Assembly: GCA_963707215.1 (NCBI GenBank)
Contig: CAVPPB010000002.1
Span: 288,001-352,000, forward strand
Direction: 5' to 3'
Length of the DNA: 64,000 bases
Source: an uncultured Chloroflexia bacterium
Lineage (GTDB): Bacteria; Chloroflexota; Limnocylindria; Limnocylindrales; CSP1-4
The first letter of the stretch is position 1, and every line of letters starts with the position of its first letter. The notes under the pieces are model-generated. The model had not been told where the DNA came from and made no database searches. It saw only the letters and a list, made by a program, of their open reading frames with translations. Below are positions 59,889-64,000 of the stretch, in pieces. The position numbers and the translations under genes are program-made.

Positions 59889-60890
59889 CTACTCGTCGGC
59901 GATGCGGATGCGTGTCCGGAGTGCCCTGACGGCGCCTCGCGGAGAGGTCTGGGCGAGGACGACCGCGGCGAGGATCAACGCCCCGCCGGTCAGCTGGATC
60001 GGGGTCAGGCGCTCGCCGAACAGCATCGCTGCCATGACGGCGGTGTAGACCGGCTCGACGGTCGAGATGAGGGACGCCTGGGCAGCGCCGACCCGCTTGG
60101 CCCCGGCGTAGAAGGTCTGGATCGCCAGGAAGGTCGCGACGACCCCGACCCCCACGAGACCGGGCCAGGCCTCGCCCGGGATCGCCGACGGTAGTGACGG
60201 GGTGGCCGTGGCCGCGGCCATGAGCCAGAAGGATCCAGCGGTCGCGGTCATCATGACCGCCGCCGCAGCGTGGGTGGCGGCTCCCTCGCTACGCTCCGGG
60301 GCGGACCGGTCGCCATCCGCAGGTTCGATGGCACCCCGGCCGGACCGCTCGCCGGAGAGCCGCGCCGCCAGGACGATCCAGACGGCGTAGATGAACGGCG
60401 AGGCGAGGACCAGGAGGAGCCCCGACAGCGGCGGGACCTCGGTCTCGGGTATCCCGCCGACCGCGAGGACGACCCCGACGAGGGCCAGGCCCAGGGCGCC
60501 CCAGGCGCGGCGACCCTCCAGGGGCACCCCGATCCACAGCGACAGGACGGCCACCAGGGCCGGGTAGATGTAGACGATGAGGCCGGCCAGCGAGGCTGGG
60601 ACCGTCTCGAGGGCCGCGAAGTAGGTCGCCGAGTTCCCGACGTAGAGCACGCCGAGGGCGAGGGAGACCCCCAGGGCCCGGCGGTCCATCGCTCTGAGCC
60701 CGCCGCGCCGTGACGCCGAGACCAGCAGCCAGCCCCATGAGAGGGCCGCTCCGATGAGGAACCGCCAGGCCAGGAGCGTCAGCCATCCGACGCCGGTCGC
60801 GTAGACGGGTTTGCCGAAGAGGGCGCCCGATCCGAAGCCGCATGCGGAGACCAGGACGAGGATGACTCCCAGGAGCCGGATGCGGTCCAC
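59889..60890 (-). CDS. DMT/EamA family transporter
   Basis: About 10 TM helices, LAWRF, YIYPALV, STVEPV; TAGCCT 7 nt before GTG 60890. Confidence 0.88.
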   Translation of the reverse strand: MDRIRLLGVILVLVSACGFGSGALFGKPVYATGVGWLTLLAWRFLIGAALSWGWLLVSASRRGGLRAMDRRALGVSLALGVLYVGNSATYFAALETVPASLAGLIVYIYPALVAVLSLWIGVPLEGRRAWGALGLALVGVVLAVGGIPETEVPPLSGLLLVLASPFIYAVWIVLAARLSGERSGRGAIEPADGDRSAPERSEGAATHAAAAVMMTATAGSFWLMAAATATPSLPSAIPGEAWPGLVGVGVVATFLAIQTFYAGAKRVGAAQASLISTVEPVYTAVMAAMLFGERLTPIQLTGGALILAAVVLAQTSPRGAVRALRTRIRIADE

Positions 60891-61000
60891 GGCCGCGAGG
60901 CTAGCAGCGGGCACGGCCGTCCGCCCGGCTGGTCCGCCCTCGGCCGCGTTCGGGCCGTCCGGTCAGGCCGTCGGGGCGCTTCGGTCGTACACTGGCGGTC

Positions 61001-61497
61001 GTGACCACCACTGAGCAGCGACCCGTCGCCGACCGGATGACGACGGTGCTCGCCACCCCGCTCCGGACCCTCGGTCGTCGTGAACCGCTGACCGTCCCGC
61101 CGGGCACCTCGCTCCGCGAGTGCCTCCGGGTGATCAAGCGCTCCGGCACCGGCGACTCGGTGCTCGTCGTGACCCCCGGGGGCCACCTCGTCGGCGTCCT
61201 CACCGAGCGCGACGTGTTCGGCCGCCTCGTCGGGACCGACGCGGAGCTCGACGCTCCGGTCGAGACGATCCTGACGATCGAGCCCCGGACCCTGCGGGCG
61301 GACCAGACCGTCCGCGATGCCATGCTCCTGATGCAGGACGGCCGCTACCGCAACATCCCCCTCCTCGACGAGGACGGCAAGCTGGCCGGGATCGTCCGCC
61401 AGGCCGACGTCATGCGCATCCTGGCCGAGTCCTTCCCGCAGGAGATCCTCAACCTCCCGCCGCGGCCCCACGAGCCCGCCCGCCGGGCGGAGGGGGC

Positions 61498-61501
<4 letters not shown>
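61001..61501 (+). CDS. Tandem CBS-domain protein
   Basis: LVGVLTERD and YRNIPLLD..LAGIV CBS pair; ATGA overlap with korA. Confidence 0.87.
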
Positions 61502-63359
<1,858 letters not shown>

Positions 63360-63363
<4 letters not shown>

Positions 63364-64000
63364 CCGAGACCACCACGAATCCCGAGGTCCAGCCGATCAA
63401 GCTCACCCGCAAGGACTTCGTCTCCGACCAGGACCCGCGCTGGTGCCCCGGCTGCGGGGACTACTCGATCCTGGCGCAGACGCAGAAGGTGATGCCCGAC
63501 TTCGGGTACCCGCGGGAGAACATCGTCTTCATCTCCGGTATCGGCTGCTCCGGGCGGCTCCCGTACTACATGAACACGTACGGGTTCCACTCGATCCACG
63601 GTCGGGCCGCGACGCTGGCGACGGGTCTCAAGGCAGCTCGGCCGGATCTCATGGTCTGGGTCATCACCGGCGACGGCGATGCTCTCTCCATCGGAGGCAA
63701 CCACCTGCTCCACGCGATGCGGCGGAACGTCGACATCAAGATGATCATGTTCAACAACCGCATCTACGGGCTGACCAAGGGCCAGGTGTCGCCGACGTCC
63801 GAGTTCGGCAAACGGACCAAGTCGACGCCGGTCGGCTCCGTCGACCGCCCGATCTCCCCGCTGACGGTGGCGCTCGCGGCCGAGGCCTCGTTCGTGGCCC
63901 GCTCGGTCGATACGCACACCGAGCACCTCCAGGGGACCCTCGATCGAGCCGGCTTCCACCGAGGTTCCGTGTTCGTCGAGGTCCTCCAGAACTGCAACAT
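63360..64000 (+). CDS. korB: 2-oxoacid:ferredoxin oxidoreductase subunit beta (truncated by window end)
   Basis: RWCPGCGDY, SGIGCS, HSIHGR, GDGD TPP motif, NNRIYGLTKGQ. Confidence 0.93.

Overview
High-GC bacterial chromosome segment with no mobile elements or CRISPR. Gene content and style suggest a Chloroflexota-like monoderm (possibly Limnocylindria); this is inference only. The window is dominated by respiration and amino-acid metabolism. (1) An operon couples a DsrL/NfnB-like NAD(P)H:flavin Fe-S oxidoreductase to a split b6f-type Rieske/cytochrome b complex, a cytochrome c-cupredoxin fusion and a kelch-repeat membrane protein. (2) An A2-type heme-copper oxidase operon has a subunit II and a CtaF-like subunit that each carry a cupredoxin domain closely related to the one in operon 1. 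(3) Other genes include arcB-arcA, ppk2, an atypical P-type ATPase, proC with proline dehydrogenase, a polyamine ABC transporter (heavily frameshifted), an ECF/anti-sigma pair, a DEAD-box helicase, a CWB2 surface protein, korAB, tRNA-Lys(UUU) and tRNA-fMet. The most novel candidates are two paralogous 32-34 aa signal-peptide-like ORFs ending L[QE]AGxRW[HF], one directly downstream of a DUF5317 gene with LspA-like aspartate motifs (candidate peptide-signalling system), and a respiratory chain apparently wired by three tethered amicyanin-loop blue-copper domains. Many genes appear leaderless. Several frameshifts are probably assembly errors. All family calls come from motifs read by eye; no searches were run.
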